64,000 nt of DNA from Verrucomicrobiaceae bacterium (GCA_051252135.1 JBPOGH010000002.1:248791-312790); one strand, 5' to 3'; positions 9,120 through 18,788 are shown, numbered from the stretch's first letter. The notes: a model not told the origin generated them from the sequence alone. Translations and numbers: made by a program.

Positions 9120-9141
9120 TTCCGGTGATTTGTCACCGGAA
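9120..9141 (+). terminator. stem-loop after the secreted-protein gene (weak terminator or attenuator)
   Basis: TTCCGGTGA-tttg-TCACCGGAA forms a perfect 9-bp stem. There is no downstream T tract, so the terminator call is tentative. Confidence 0.3.
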
Positions 9142-9175
9142 TGCTGAAGCCTAAATAACTTAAAAATAATATTAA

Positions 9176-10381
9176 ATGAAACGATTTGCAATTACAGCGC
9201 TCGGCCTCGCTTCCGCAGGCTCCCTTTGCGCGCAATCACTTTTTGATCTTGCGCCAGGTGATGAGACCAACGAGTCCATCCCTTTGACTTGGACTCTCTC
9301 TGCGGGTCTTGGTTATGATGACAACCCTACGCCCACGCTTGCTGGAACTTCCAGTTCAACGTATGCTACCGGGCAAATTGGTGCATCATTCCTCAGTCAG
9401 ACACCACAGTCCACGCTGGAGTTTTTCGCTCGGGTAGGAGTGATTCACTATCTTGATACTCTGCCTCCAGGGGTCGATGAGACCACTTACACTGCCGGAC
9501 TCGGAGTGAACTGGACCCATCGGGTGAGTGAGCGCGTGCGTCTCTCAAGCCGCAACTACATCACCCACGAACTTGAGCCAGACTTCGCCTCCGGAATTTC
9601 CGGGGCCCGTCAGTTGGGTTCGTATACTCGTTATGCTTCGGACAACGCCATCGGATACCGTTGGTCAGAGCGTCTTGGAACATACACAGGTGTGACTTTT
9701 GATGGCACCACCTATGATGATGCTCCTGCTGCAGACGTTGAAAGCGTGACTTTCTACAACGACTTCCGTTACCAGCTTAGCCCGCAGACCGTAGCTACAT
9801 TGACCTACCGCTATTCAGAGCGTGACGTAGTGGGAACTGCAGATTCAACCAACCACTTCATCCTTGCCGGTCTCGAGCATCGCTTCAGCCCAAATACCAT
9901 TGGTATTCTTCGCGCAGGTGTTCAGAAGCGTGAGGTTGATGGTGTTCCTTTTGCAGATGGAACCAGCCCAAGTCTTGAAGCCGCACTTCGTTCACAGATC
10001 AACGAGCAGTTCTCTGTTCGTGCCTATGCTCGTTACGGTGTGGAAGATTACGGACGATTCATCGGCGGATTGCAGTATGCCGATACCGAGACCCTGCGTC
10101 TTGGCATCACCGGTAACTACCGCGTCTCTGAAGCACTTAGTCTTCGTGCAGGTGTGAACTACCAGGACATTGGCTATGAAAATCTTATTGCTGGTCCAGT
10201 AGGGACACCTCTCAGCGCTGAAGAAGATTTGATTAACGTGTTCCTCGGCTTCGACCTCAAGGTTGCTGACAACATGTGGGTCACGGGAACCTACAACTTC
10301 GAGGACCTTGGTTCTGATGTTGCGGCAGCCCGTAACTATGATCGAAACAAGATCAACCTCGGCGTCCGCGCCGAGTTCTAA
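9176..10381 (+). CDS. outer-membrane beta-barrel protein of the polysaccharide export locus (EpsL-like, tentative)
   Basis: Signal peptide MKRFAITALGLASAGSLCA. Alternating-hydrophobic, Gly/Tyr-rich strands run throughout. The C-terminal residue is Phe (LGVRAEF). The gene lies directly upstream of Wzc and the OPX gene. Confidence 0.65.
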   Translation: MKRFAITALGLASAGSLCAQSLFDLAPGDETNESIPLTWTLSAGLGYDDNPTPTLAGTSSSTYATGQIGASFLSQTPQSTLEFFARVGVIHYLDTLPPGVDETTYTAGLGVNWTHRVSERVRLSSRNYITHELEPDFASGISGARQLGSYTRYASDNAIGYRWSERLGTYTGVTFDGTTYDDAPAADVESVTFYNDFRYQLSPQTVATLTYRYSERDVVGTADSTNHFILAGLEHRFSPNTIGILRAGVQKREVDGVPFADGTSPSLEAALRSQINEQFSVRAYARYGVEDYGRFIGGLQYADTETLRLGITGNYRVSEALSLRAGVNYQDIGYENLIAGPVGTPLSAEEDLINVFLGFDLKVADNMWVTGTYNFEDLGSDVAAARNYDRNKINLGVRAEF

Positions 10382-10412
10382 AATTTTCAGCATCAAATAC
10401 TGAACATTTTCA

Positions 10413-10449
10413 CTCTCGCAATGTCTTTACATTGCGAGAGTTCTTTTTT
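10413..10449 (+). terminator. rho-independent terminator
   Basis: CTCTCGCAATG-tcttta-CATTGCGAGAG forms an 11-bp perfect stem, followed by TTCTTTTTT. Confidence 0.75.
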
Positions 10450-10508
10450 GTGGGTAGTTAACTCCATCACTCGAACGAATCAACAATCACCACCCAAGCA
10501 AATCTAAG

Positions 10509-12686
10509 ATGCAATCCAAGGGACAACAGCCAACTGACTTCGGTCATTCAATCGATTACTGGCAAGTAATCAAAAATCGCTACGGGGTAATTCTACTTAC
10601 CTTCCTTCTCGTTTTCATGACGGCGGCAGTCATCACCTCGGTGATGCCCCGGAAGTATGAGAGCACATCGGTTGTGCAGGTTCATCCCTCGATGATTGCA
10701 ATTAGTCCGACTGGACGTGCTAACAACACAGCGAATCCGGGAACGATGATGACCCGGCATTACATGGAGAATGAATTCGAGTCGATTATTGCGCCCCAAA
10801 CGCTTTCCGAAGCCGCAGTCGCAATTGATCTCGAAAGCAGGTGGGACCTGGACCTCGAGGGTTCGGTTGACGTGTTGAAAAAGATCGTGCAGGCGGTTCC
10901 CCGTCGAGGAACGGACTTTATTGAGATTTCGGTCCGTCATGCCAATAGTGAGGATGCAAAGGATATTGCAGAAGCAATTGCCGACGCCTACATCAACCGG
11001 CGTAACAGAACGGAGCATAATCGCGCCAAGGAAGCGTTGGACGCACTTGACGAAGAGCTCCAGAGACACGGGGATGTTGTTCAGGAAAAGCGTAAGGCTT
11101 TGACTGTTCTTATCCAACAATACGGGATTCCCTACTTTGATGGACGGAGCTCCAGTCCGGTTGGTTTGACTGAGGAGGAAATGTACCGGAGGGCGAACTC
11201 AAAGTTGGATCAATTGGAGCAAGATCGTAATCAGCTGGAGATTCAGATTAAGCGCCTTGTTAGCACTTCGCCGGATGATTTGATTCGGACGGCTGCAGGC
11301 CTGGAGCTTCCTGAGAACCAAGTGAGTAATCTCTATAACGAGTATCTTAAGACGAAGAGGAATCGTGAATCTGCGATTGCCAGTGGTCTTGGTCCAAATC
11401 ACCCAACGGTCAAATCTCTCGATGGGATTGCGATCAATCTGATGAAGGATGCTGAAAAGGAAGTGACGTCCTTGAAAGAGGTTCTGAATACCCGCCTGAA
11501 TCTGGTAGACCGTCAGGTTGAGAGAATGCGCGAAATGGTGAAGGTTAAGAAGGATGACACGGTTGATCTCTCGATGCAGCAGCATCAGTACAACTCCGCC
11601 AAGGAAGAGTATGAACAGGCCCGGGACCTTCTCCGTGCGATGAAGATTCAACAACAGGAGCAGCGGGTGCTGTTGAGAATGCCCCGTACTCCAATCACCC
11701 TTCATGAGCTTCCGAAGCTCGCAAAGTCTCCAGTTTTCCCCAATGTGACATTGAATTTGCTTTTGGGGGCTGGTGTTGGTCTGATCTTTGGAGTTGGTAT
11801 CGCGTTCCTTCTGGAGCACCTGGATACCTCTGTTAAGAGTCTTGAAGATGTTGAGCGTTATCTTCAGGTCCCGGTTCTCGCGGTGATCCCCAAAGATGTT
11901 GGCGTCCTTCACAAGCAGAGCGGCATGAGCCCTGATGCTGAGGCTTATCGAATTCTGCGAACCAATATTGAGTTCAACCGCAAGAACCCAGAGGACAACT
12001 CCATTACGGTTGTTTCCGGTGGCGCGGGTGAAGGTAAATCAACGACCCTAGTCAACCTTGCATACGTTTGTGCGCAGGGTGGATATACCACCCTGATGAT
12101 CGATGCCGACCTTCGTCGTCCTCGTCTTCACACATTCTTCGACATCAATAACTCGGTTGGCCTGACGAATTATCTGACGACCGATTTGGCTCTAGAAGAT
12201 GTCATCTTGCAGACACCTGTGGACAACCTCTACTTCCTCCCGTCGGGAATTTTGCCTGCGGATGCCGCAGGAATCCTGAACTCCCGCCGTATGTCGGAGC
12301 TTCTACAAGATGTTAAGCAGCGCTTCGACCTGGTCTTGGTGGACAGTCCTCCAATTCTTGGTGTGAGTGATGCAGCGGTGCTTGCGAGTGAGGTTGATCT
12401 GACCATGGTTGTCGTTCAGCACCGGAAGCTTCCCCGGAACATGCTGCTTCGAGTTAAGCAAGCAGTTGAAAATGTGGGTGGGCAGGTTATTGGTGTTGTG
12501 TTGAACAACGTTGATGTCCGAAGTGACAGCCAGTATCAATATTACACGAGCTACTACACCTATTATGCACCTAGTGCGATGGATGAGAATACGGCTCCGG
12601 CAAATTCGGCGCCAGTCGAGTCACCGGCCCAATCCATGCCATCCCAAAAAACACCCCCCAAAGGAGGAGGGGATGATCTTTACTAG
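10509..12686 (+). CDS. polysaccharide co-polymerase / tyrosine autokinase (Wzc/GumC/EpsG-like)
   Basis: The N-terminal Wzz-type TM segment (YGVILLTFLLVFMTAAVITSV) is followed by a long coiled-coil periplasmic region and a second TM. The kinase domain has a P-loop (SGGAGEGKSTTLVNLA) and DADLRRP. The tail carries a Tyr cluster, YQYYTSYYTYY, at 12534-12566. Confidence 0.9.
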   Translation: MQSKGQQPTDFGHSIDYWQVIKNRYGVILLTFLLVFMTAAVITSVMPRKYESTSVVQVHPSMIAISPTGRANNTANPGTMMTRHYMENEFESIIAPQTLSEAAVAIDLESRWDLDLEGSVDVLKKIVQAVPRRGTDFIEISVRHANSEDAKDIAEAIADAYINRRNRTEHNRAKEALDALDEELQRHGDVVQEKRKALTVLIQQYGIPYFDGRSSSPVGLTEEEMYRRANSKLDQLEQDRNQLEIQIKRLVSTSPDDLIRTAAGLELPENQVSNLYNEYLKTKRNRESAIASGLGPNHPTVKSLDGIAINLMKDAEKEVTSLKEVLNTRLNLVDRQVERMREMVKVKKDDTVDLSMQQHQYNSAKEEYEQARDLLRAMKIQQQEQRVLLRMPRTPITLHELPKLAKSPVFPNVTLNLLLGAGVGLIFGVGIAFLLEHLDTSVKSLEDVERYLQVPVLAVIPKDVGVLHKQSGMSPDAEAYRILRTNIEFNRKNPEDNSITVVSGGAGEGKSTTLVNLAYVCAQGGYTTLMIDADLRRPRLHTFFDINNSVGLTNYLTTDLALEDVILQTPVDNLYFLPSGILPADAAGILNSRRMSELLQDVKQRFDLVLVDSPPILGVSDAAVLASEVDLTMVVVQHRKLPRNMLLRVKQAVENVGGQVIGVVLNNVDVRSDSQYQYYTSYYTYYAPSAMDENTAPANSAPVESPAQSMPSQKTPPKGGGDDLY

Positions 12687-12718
12687 AATCCTCCGACCAT
12701 TAGAACAGACCACTTATT

Positions 12719-13276
12719 ATGATGAAAACCCTACTTACCTCGCTACTTCTCCTATTGACGGTTTTTACCGCCAGTGCACAGATTAGAGTGAACCAGACTC
12801 TGCAAATCACGATCCAAGGAGTTCCCCCTGAGGAACAGGCCCGGCTGAATACTACCGTTCAGGTATCTTCCAGCGGGACATTCAACATGTGGGAAATTGG
12901 AGTTGTTCGTGCGGCCGGGCTCACACCGGACGCTTTGGGACGTAACTTGTCTGCGGCTTATAAAGCCCGGGGCATTTATACGAATCCAACATTTCACGTA
13001 ATGGCCCCCAGTGACAATGGTTTGGTTAACAAAATGTTTACCGTTGGTGGTGAGGTTAAGGGTTCCGGTCCAAAGCCTTATAGCAATGGAATGACGCTCT
13101 TTGGTGCGATTCAGGCAGCTGGTGGTGAAACTCCCTTTGGAGCGATCACTCGGGTGAAGCTTTACCGAAATGGCAAAGTGCGCACCTTCAACCTCAAGAA
13201 TGACCAAGATAAGGGATTCCAGATTCGCCCGGATGACATGATTGAAGTCCCCCAGAAAAACTGGATGGGCCGATAA
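12719..13276 (+). CDS. short outer-membrane polysaccharide export (OPX/Wza-like) periplasmic protein
   Basis: Signal peptide without a lipobox Cys. The Poly_export-like core (VSSSGTFNMWEIGVVRAAGLTPDAL...AY) and an SLBB-like segment (FTVGGEVKGSGPKPY...TLFGAIQAAGG) are present. At 185 aa it has no C-terminal helix region. Confidence 0.8.
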   Translation: MMKTLLTSLLLLLTVFTASAQIRVNQTLQITIQGVPPEEQARLNTTVQVSSSGTFNMWEIGVVRAAGLTPDALGRNLSAAYKARGIYTNPTFHVMAPSDNGLVNKMFTVGGEVKGSGPKPYSNGMTLFGAIQAAGGETPFGAITRVKLYRNGKVRTFNLKNDQDKGFQIRPDDMIEVPQKNWMGR

Positions 13277-13309
13277 TTGGTTCTCTTTTGCGATTCAATT
13301 CGATTTTAG

Positions 13310-13338
13310 GCCGTTTGCGGAGACGCAAACGGCTTTTT
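13310..13338 (+). terminator. rho-independent terminator
   Basis: GCCGTTTGCG-gaga-CGCAAACGGC forms a 10-bp perfect stem, followed by TTTTT. Confidence 0.85.
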
Positions 13339-13442
13339 CTTGAGCTGAGCCAAACCGATCCAGTCAAAAGACGTGGACAGTTGGACCCTTTTGGGCGATT
13401 TTTAGGCAGACGCATTTTGGATCCGTTCACCCCTTGAAACTC

Positions 13443-15671
13443 ATGATGAAGACTCTCAGATGGGCGCTTGCCCCGATCACAGCAATATGGCTCTTGCCAA
13501 GCTGCAGCTCCCAAGCTGCTGATTTTGATCTCGTTGGACTGGAAGTCTCGCGTCTTTTGCAGAACGGGCACTACGCGCGGATGCCCTTTGATCAGAAATT
13601 GAGTGAACGGATATTCGATGATCTCATTCATGATCTTGATCCCTCCCGGTTCTACTTTGTTCAGGCTGATATTGACGAATTGTCACAGAAGTATCGCTCC
13701 CGCGTGACTGAATTGCTGGTGAACAAGCAATCGATGGCAATGGCCACCGAGATCTACGAGCGGTATCAGCAGCGTGCGGGTGAAAGGGTGGCGAAAATTA
13801 AGGAAATTCTTAAAGGGGATGAATTTACCTTCGATGGAGATCGAAGTGTGATGCGTGATCGGGAGGAGGCGCCTTGGCCGAAGGATGAGGCCGAAGCAAC
13901 CGAGGTACTCAGACGTCAGCTAGAGGCTTCACTTCTGGGTGAACAGCTCCGTCGTGACGAGATTGAAAAGCGGGCTTTGGAGCAGGGAAAGGATAGTCCG
14001 CTTGGGAAAGAACTGGCCCCCCGGGAGAAGATTATTCAACGCTACGAGCGGGTTCTTCAGACGATTGAAAAAGTAGATCAAGAGGATATTGCCAACTATA
14101 TGTTCAGTGCGGTGGCGCGGGCCCACGATCCCCACACCGAGTACTTTAGCGCGAGGGAGCTGGATCAGTTTCGTGTTGGAATCAGCAACAAGCTTATTGG
14201 CATCGGGGCGTTACTCAGGGCGGAGGATGATGGGGCTACCAAGATTGATGGGATCGTCAATAACGGACCCGCTGACAAGGAAGGGACTCTTCAGCTTGGT
14301 GATCGTGTGATTGCGGTAGACTCGCTCAATGACAATAACTGGACGGACATCATGTTTCTACCGATCGATAAGGTCGTGGAGCTGATCAGAGGGGAAGCCG
14401 ATACCGAAGTGGGACTCAAGGTAGAACCGGCCGGTGGTGCAGGGGGGGAGACCCGTGTCATTGTGATCAAGCGGGAGCAGGTTGATATGAAGGAGGAGCA
14501 GACATCTGCCGAGGTGATTGACTATCTTGAGGGTGGGAAAAAGCAGCGACTTGGGGTGATCCGGATTCCCCAATTCTATTTTGATAGCGATGATTGGTCG
14601 CGTAACGTTTCGGTGCATGTTGAAAAGCTGATTAAGCGTCTCAAGAAGGAAGACATCGACGGGATGATTGTTGATATCCGGGGAAATGGTGGAGGGTCGT
14701 TGGACGAGGTGCGCCGAATGACCGGATTCTTCAACGGGAGAAGTCCCGTGGTGCAGATTAAGAAGACCAGCGGCCATATTGAGTCCCTCAATGCAGGCGG
14801 TCGAAAGCCTCTTTATGAGGGGCCCATGGTGGTTCTCACCGATAAGGGAAGTGCATCGGCCAGCGAAATTTTGGCTGGAGCACTCCAAGATTACAATCGT
14901 GCTGTTATCGTGGGGAGTGCGAATACTTTTGGGAAAGGCACAGTGCAGCAGCCCATTCCGATCGGCGATTATATGCCGGTGTGGAGTGATCGTGACCGTG
15001 CGGGCGCGCTGAAGCTCACGATTCAGAAGTATTATCGACCTTCCGGGAGTTCGACCCAAATTGATGGGGTGAAGCCGGATATTCATCTGCCAGCTCTCAC
15101 TGATGTGATTGAGGTGGGAGAAGAGCATGCACGGCATGCCTTGAAGCACGACATCATCCGAAAGGCGGCTGAATTCAACCCATTTCCAAAGGAGAATCTT
15201 TTTCTGCCGGTGTTGATTGAAAAGAGCAGCAAACGTGTGGAAGCCAACCCCGAATACACGTACATCCGCGAGGATATGGAGCGGGTGAAACAGCGGATCG
15301 AGGAAAATAGAATCTCGCTAAACAAGGAGAAGCGGGTCGCAGAGACTGCCGAATTGGATGAGAAACGTAAGGCTCGAAACAAGGCTCGCCGTGAGCGTTT
15401 CACCAAGATGGAGGAAGAGGATAAGAAAAGGTTTACGATCTACCGGTTGTCCCTCGACGACCTCGATTCGGAAGTGTTGCCCAAGGTGTCATCCGAGGAT
15501 GAGGATGATGAGCACATGCGTCGGGCAAAAGATGAAATTGCCGATCTTGACGATACTCCCGAGTGGCCCAGCGGAATTGATGCCGGTAAGAGAGAAGGGC
15601 TCGCGGTGCTGAGTGATTTGGTTGAGCTGGTGCGCTCAGCGAAGACGGCGGGAACTTTTAGAACGCGGTGA
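13443..15671 (+). CDS. prc: carboxy-terminal processing (tail-specific) protease, S41 family
   Basis: The Prc-type N-terminal domain is present (LQNGHYARMPFDQKLSERIFDDLIHDLDPSRFYF). A PDZ segment follows (IGALLRAEDDGATKIDGIVNNGPADKEGTLQLGDRV). The S41 core has DIRGNGGGSL and GSASASEILAGAL...TFGKGTVQ. An alternative TTG start lies at 13434. Confidence 0.85.
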   Translation: MMKTLRWALAPITAIWLLPSCSSQAADFDLVGLEVSRLLQNGHYARMPFDQKLSERIFDDLIHDLDPSRFYFVQADIDELSQKYRSRVTELLVNKQSMAMATEIYERYQQRAGERVAKIKEILKGDEFTFDGDRSVMRDREEAPWPKDEAEATEVLRRQLEASLLGEQLRRDEIEKRALEQGKDSPLGKELAPREKIIQRYERVLQTIEKVDQEDIANYMFSAVARAHDPHTEYFSARELDQFRVGISNKLIGIGALLRAEDDGATKIDGIVNNGPADKEGTLQLGDRVIAVDSLNDNNWTDIMFLPIDKVVELIRGEADTEVGLKVEPAGGAGGETRVIVIKREQVDMKEEQTSAEVIDYLEGGKKQRLGVIRIPQFYFDSDDWSRNVSVHVEKLIKRLKKEDIDGMIVDIRGNGGGSLDEVRRMTGFFNGRSPVVQIKKTSGHIESLNAGGRKPLYEGPMVVLTDKGSASASEILAGALQDYNRAVIVGSANTFGKGTVQQPIPIGDYMPVWSDRDRAGALKLTIQKYYRPSGSSTQIDGVKPDIHLPALTDVIEVGEEHARHALKHDIIRKAAEFNPFPKENLFLPVLIEKSSKRVEANPEYTYIREDMERVKQRIEENRISLNKEKRVAETAELDEKRKARNKARRERFTKMEEEDKKRFTIYRLSLDDLDSEVLPKVSSEDEDDEHMRRAKDEIADLDDTPEWPSGIDAGKREGLAVLSDLVELVRSAKTAGTFRTR

Positions 15672-16363
15672 GCATTATCTCTGAAAATTTCAAAAGCGTT
15701 CGAGAGAAGGTTGCTGCTGCGGCTGTGAAGTCCGGACGCAGTGAGGAGGAGGTGCAGCTTCTCGTTGTTTCCAAGACATGGTCTGCGGAGGTAGTTCAAG
15801 AAGTAGTGGACCATGGGCACACCCTTTTCGGTGAGAACCGGCTCCAGGAAGGGGAGGAGAAGATTCCGGTGTTACCTCAGGAATTGGAATGGCACTTTAT
15901 TGGAACCTTACAGCGCAACAAGGTGCGGAAGGTGCTGCCGCTGTTTCCGGTGGTGCAGAGTATTTCCTCTCTCAAGTTGGCCCGTTTTACCAACCGGGTG
16001 GCGGGGGAGTTGGGGCTTCGGCCCCGAGTCTATCTGGAAATGAATCTGGGAAGGGAGGAGAGTAAACATGGCTTGGAGGAGAGGGAGTTGATTGAGCACC
16101 TGGATGAGCTTTGTGCATTGGAGCATTTGGACTGGCAGGGGTTGATGTGTATTCCTCCCCGGGCCGCGACTCCGGAGGATGGCCGGCCTTGGTTCGCCCG
16201 TCTCCGGGAGTTTCAAGAGGATGTCCGGAGGCGATCGGGGTTGGTGCTGCCAGAGATCAGTATGGGGATGAGCGGTGATTATGAAGTCGCTATCGAGGAG
16301 GGATCGACGATGGTTCGGGTGGGTTCAGCGATCTTTGGGCAACGCGAGCCGTGGAATCCTTAA
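15668..16363 (+). CDS. yggS: YggS-family pyridoxal-phosphate homeostasis protein
   Basis: LLVVSKTWSAE, GHTLFGENRLQE, WHFIGTLQRNKVRKV and MGMSGDYEVAIEEGSTMVRVGSAIFG match the family. The GTG start overlaps the prc stop (GTGA). Confidence 0.85.
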   Translation: MSIISENFKSVREKVAAAAVKSGRSEEEVQLLVVSKTWSAEVVQEVVDHGHTLFGENRLQEGEEKIPVLPQELEWHFIGTLQRNKVRKVLPLFPVVQSISSLKLARFTNRVAGELGLRPRVYLEMNLGREESKHGLEERELIEHLDELCALEHLDWQGLMCIPPRAATPEDGRPWFARLREFQEDVRRRSGLVLPEISMGMSGDYEVAIEEGSTMVRVGSAIFGQREPWNP

Positions 16364-16368
16364 ATCAT

Positions 16369-16674
16369 ATGAGTCAAATTTCTCTCGAACAGATTGCCGT
16401 GATCGGCCCTGAATTGGCATTGGCCTGGGGCGACGGTTCGGAAAGTTATCTTCAGCTGGAGACGCTTCGTAAAGCGTGTCCTTGTGCGGCTTGCCAGGGT
16501 GAGCCCGATGTGACGGGGAAGGTGTTGATTCCGAAGGTCACCCATGATCCGGCGCGAAGCTTTGAGCTTTTACGCCACGAGATGATCGGAGGATATGCGG
16601 TCCAGCTCTGGTGGGCGGACGGGCATAGCTCCGGAATATTCAGCTATGATCTTTTGCGAAAGCTGGGGGTCTAG
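16369..16674 (+). CDS. DUF971 domain protein
   Basis: LALAWGDGSESYLQLETLRKACPCAAC...GGYAVQLWWADGHSSGIFSYDLLRKL matches the DUF971 pattern. An alternative GTG start lies at 16351. Confidence 0.8.
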   Translation: MSQISLEQIAVIGPELALAWGDGSESYLQLETLRKACPCAACQGEPDVTGKVLIPKVTHDPARSFELLRHEMIGGYAVQLWWADGHSSGIFSYDLLRKLGV

Positions 16675-16883
16675 GGAAACGCTGCTTCAAGATGAAGCAC
16701 GCTGAACGGTTTAAAGGATTTTTCAGCAAGGGAAGCTTCGCTTCCGAGGAAAGAGGTGCTGCAGCCCTTTTGGATTCTGGCGGCGTTGCTCAGGGAGCCG
16801 CTGATCATCAGCGTCACCCTTCGCGCCTTGCCAGACTTCAAAATGACTTGCAGCAGCGAACTCCCTCTTTCATCAGCGCTTCC

Positions 16884-18788
16884 CTAGTCTGCGACGGTGA
16901 GGTTTCCGCCGAGCGCGCGTTGGCTGAGGCGCTCGATTCCTTCCCTGGCCATTGAGCTGGAGGGCAGGAGTTGTTTGGCCTGATAATACCAGGCGAGTGA
17001 TGAGCCGACTTGGCCATTTTTCTCGTGCTCTTCAGCATTACGCAGGGCGATGGTGAAATCAGCTACGCTGGGGGCCATTTCGGTCATGCGTTGGTTGAGA
17101 ACGGGATCATCGGGGAATCTTTTGTGGACCAGTTCGAGCTTTTCCCAGGCGGCGTAGGGTTGTCCTACGCGGGCCATTTCCTTGGCTCCTTCGACGGCCC
17201 GTTCAATGGCGGTGATGTTCATTTTCACCTGGCGGAAGCTTGCTTCGCGCTCGGCATCGCCTTTGATGGCGGGAACGAATTCGTATTCGCGTTTGACGAC
17301 TTCGCGGTAGTTGCCCTCGGCGAAGAGGCGGTCGAAATCGTTGCGGGCGGTGATCATGGTGCCACCTGATTCGACGAGTTGGTTGAACTCTTCGAGTTTG
17401 GGATTTTGAGGCCAGATTTCCATGGCAGCACGGATTTCTTCCTGGGCTTTTTCGAGGTCGCGATTTCCGAGGTGAATTTTGGCCTGCATGATGTGCATGT
17501 CACTGGCGCTTGAGTAGGAGCGGACGGCAGCTTCGGCTTTGGTGGCATCGAAGTCATTGGCCTTGCCCTTGAGCATGGCGATTTGCTCCGATGCTTTGGC
17601 GTAGTCCTTGGATTCGATGGCATTGAGTAGGACGTAGGATTCGCGGACGAACTCGAGGACCTTGCGTTTTTTGGTGCGTGGAAGGGTGTTGACGGAGGGC
17701 ATGAACTCGCCCACGAGGTAGGCTTCGGCGAGGCGCTTGGAGGCGGAGTCCAGTTCGTCCTGCTCCAGCAAGAAGAGGAAGGCTTCCACGCTTTTATCGA
17801 TATCCCGGATGGCTTCGCTGGCGAGGGAGTCGAGGGTGGAAACGGTGGGGCTGACGCCGAGGCTTTCGGTGAAGAGTTTATCGATGTCCGACTTTTCATC
17901 GAGGTAGAGGGCTCCATCGCCATCGCGCCAGATGAGGTTGTAGAAGCGCGAGGCCATGAGGACGTGCTCGAAGCGGCGCTGAAGGAAGAACTGAACCATG
18001 AGCGCCTGATATTGCATTTTGGCGAGTTCGGTTTTGACCTCGGTTTTGATTTGGTGGGTTTTTTTGAGGGCTTCGATCTCGGCGATGCGGCGGAGGTACT
18101 CGGCGTATTCGAGGGAGGAAACTCCGCGTCCGGTGGAGGGTTCTTCGGAAGCTTTTTTGTTTTTTTCGTCGCCTTGGCCGGCTCCTTTGGTGGCGTCGCC
18201 GACGGTGGGGTCGATATCGGTGCGGGCTTTCCAGTCACCTTTTTTGATGATGCGCCATTTTTCCTTTTCCTGGGCATCCATGAGGGCCTTGGTTCCGGCG
18301 ACGTCGTTTTTGGCCAGGAGGGCGGTGTAGAGGGCGTTGGTGAGGGAATCACAGAGGCGGGCATCACCTGGGTAGCTGGAAGCGCGGGGAAGGAGCTGAA
18401 GGGCGGCTTTGAAGTCGGCTCCGCCCTTGTGGTGCGGGGAGATGGTATCGAGGATTTCGCGGATGGTGTCGCGGTATTCTTGGGCGGCTTCCGAGTTTTC
18501 CTCGGGTTCGTTGAGGTATTTTTGGAAACGGGCTTCGAAGAGTCGGTTGTCGCTGGCGGCCCAGGTGGAGCCATTCCAGCTGATTGTTTCGTCCGACGGG
18601 TTGTAGAAGCCGATTTCGTTGCCGAGGACGGAGCCGTTGTTATTGCTTCCGGAGTTGGCCGGCTGGGAGCGGGTTACGGTGTCGGTCGATTGTCCCGATT
18701 TGTTATTGTTTCCGCCACCGGAGGGTGGGGTGTAGACTTGGGCGCCGAGGGGAAGGGTCAGGGCGAGGAGATAAAGTGGAGTCTTCAT
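16884..18788 (-). CDS. secreted all-helical protein with TPR-like C-terminal repeats, function unknown
   Basis: Signal peptide MKTPLYLLALTLPLGAQ, then a low-complexity Gly/Asn/Ser linker, then about 550 aa of helical sequence. No family was recognised. It is the last gene of a tight three-gene minus-strand cluster. Confidence 0.6.
   Translation of the reverse strand: MKTPLYLLALTLPLGAQVYTPPSGGGNNNKSGQSTDTVTRSQPANSGSNNNGSVLGNEIGFYNPSDETISWNGSTWAASDNRLFEARFQKYLNEPEENSEAAQEYRDTIREILDTISPHHKGGADFKAALQLLPRASSYPGDARLCDSLTNALYTALLAKNDVAGTKALMDAQEKEKWRIIKKGDWKARTDIDPTVGDATKGAGQGDEKNKKASEEPSTGRGVSSLEYAEYLRRIAEIEALKKTHQIKTEVKTELAKMQYQALMVQFFLQRRFEHVLMASRFYNLIWRDGDGALYLDEKSDIDKLFTESLGVSPTVSTLDSLASEAIRDIDKSVEAFLFLLEQDELDSASKRLAEAYLVGEFMPSVNTLPRTKKRKVLEFVRESYVLLNAIESKDYAKASEQIAMLKGKANDFDATKAEAAVRSYSSASDMHIMQAKIHLGNRDLEKAQEEIRAAMEIWPQNPKLEEFNQLVESGGTMITARNDFDRLFAEGNYREVVKREYEFVPAIKGDAEREASFRQVKMNITAIERAVEGAKEMARVGQPYAAWEKLELVHKRFPDDPVLNQRMTEMAPSVADFTIALRNAEEHEKNGQVGSSLAWYYQAKQLLPSSSMAREGIERLSQRALGGNLTVAD

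Noticed and set aside
8395-13338. A tRNA-Gly-adjacent block as an integrative genomic island
   Set aside because: I saw no integrase, excisionase or transposase, and no copy of the tRNA 3' end further downstream by eye. I kept only the compositional observation as a finding.
16675-16955. A 209-nt spacer between convergent DUF971 and 634-aa genes, containing an 87-aa ORF (16692..16955) and small hairpins (TGCTTCA-aga-TGAAGCA at about 16684-16700; GGAAGC-ttc-GCTTCC at about 16731-16745). I considered it as a small protein or ncRNA.
   Set aside because: The ORF overlaps the 3' end of the 634-aa gene and has no recognisable features. The hairpins are short, lack T tracts, and I could not match the region to SRP, 6S, tmRNA or RNase P signatures by eye. 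The region remains unannotated rather than called.
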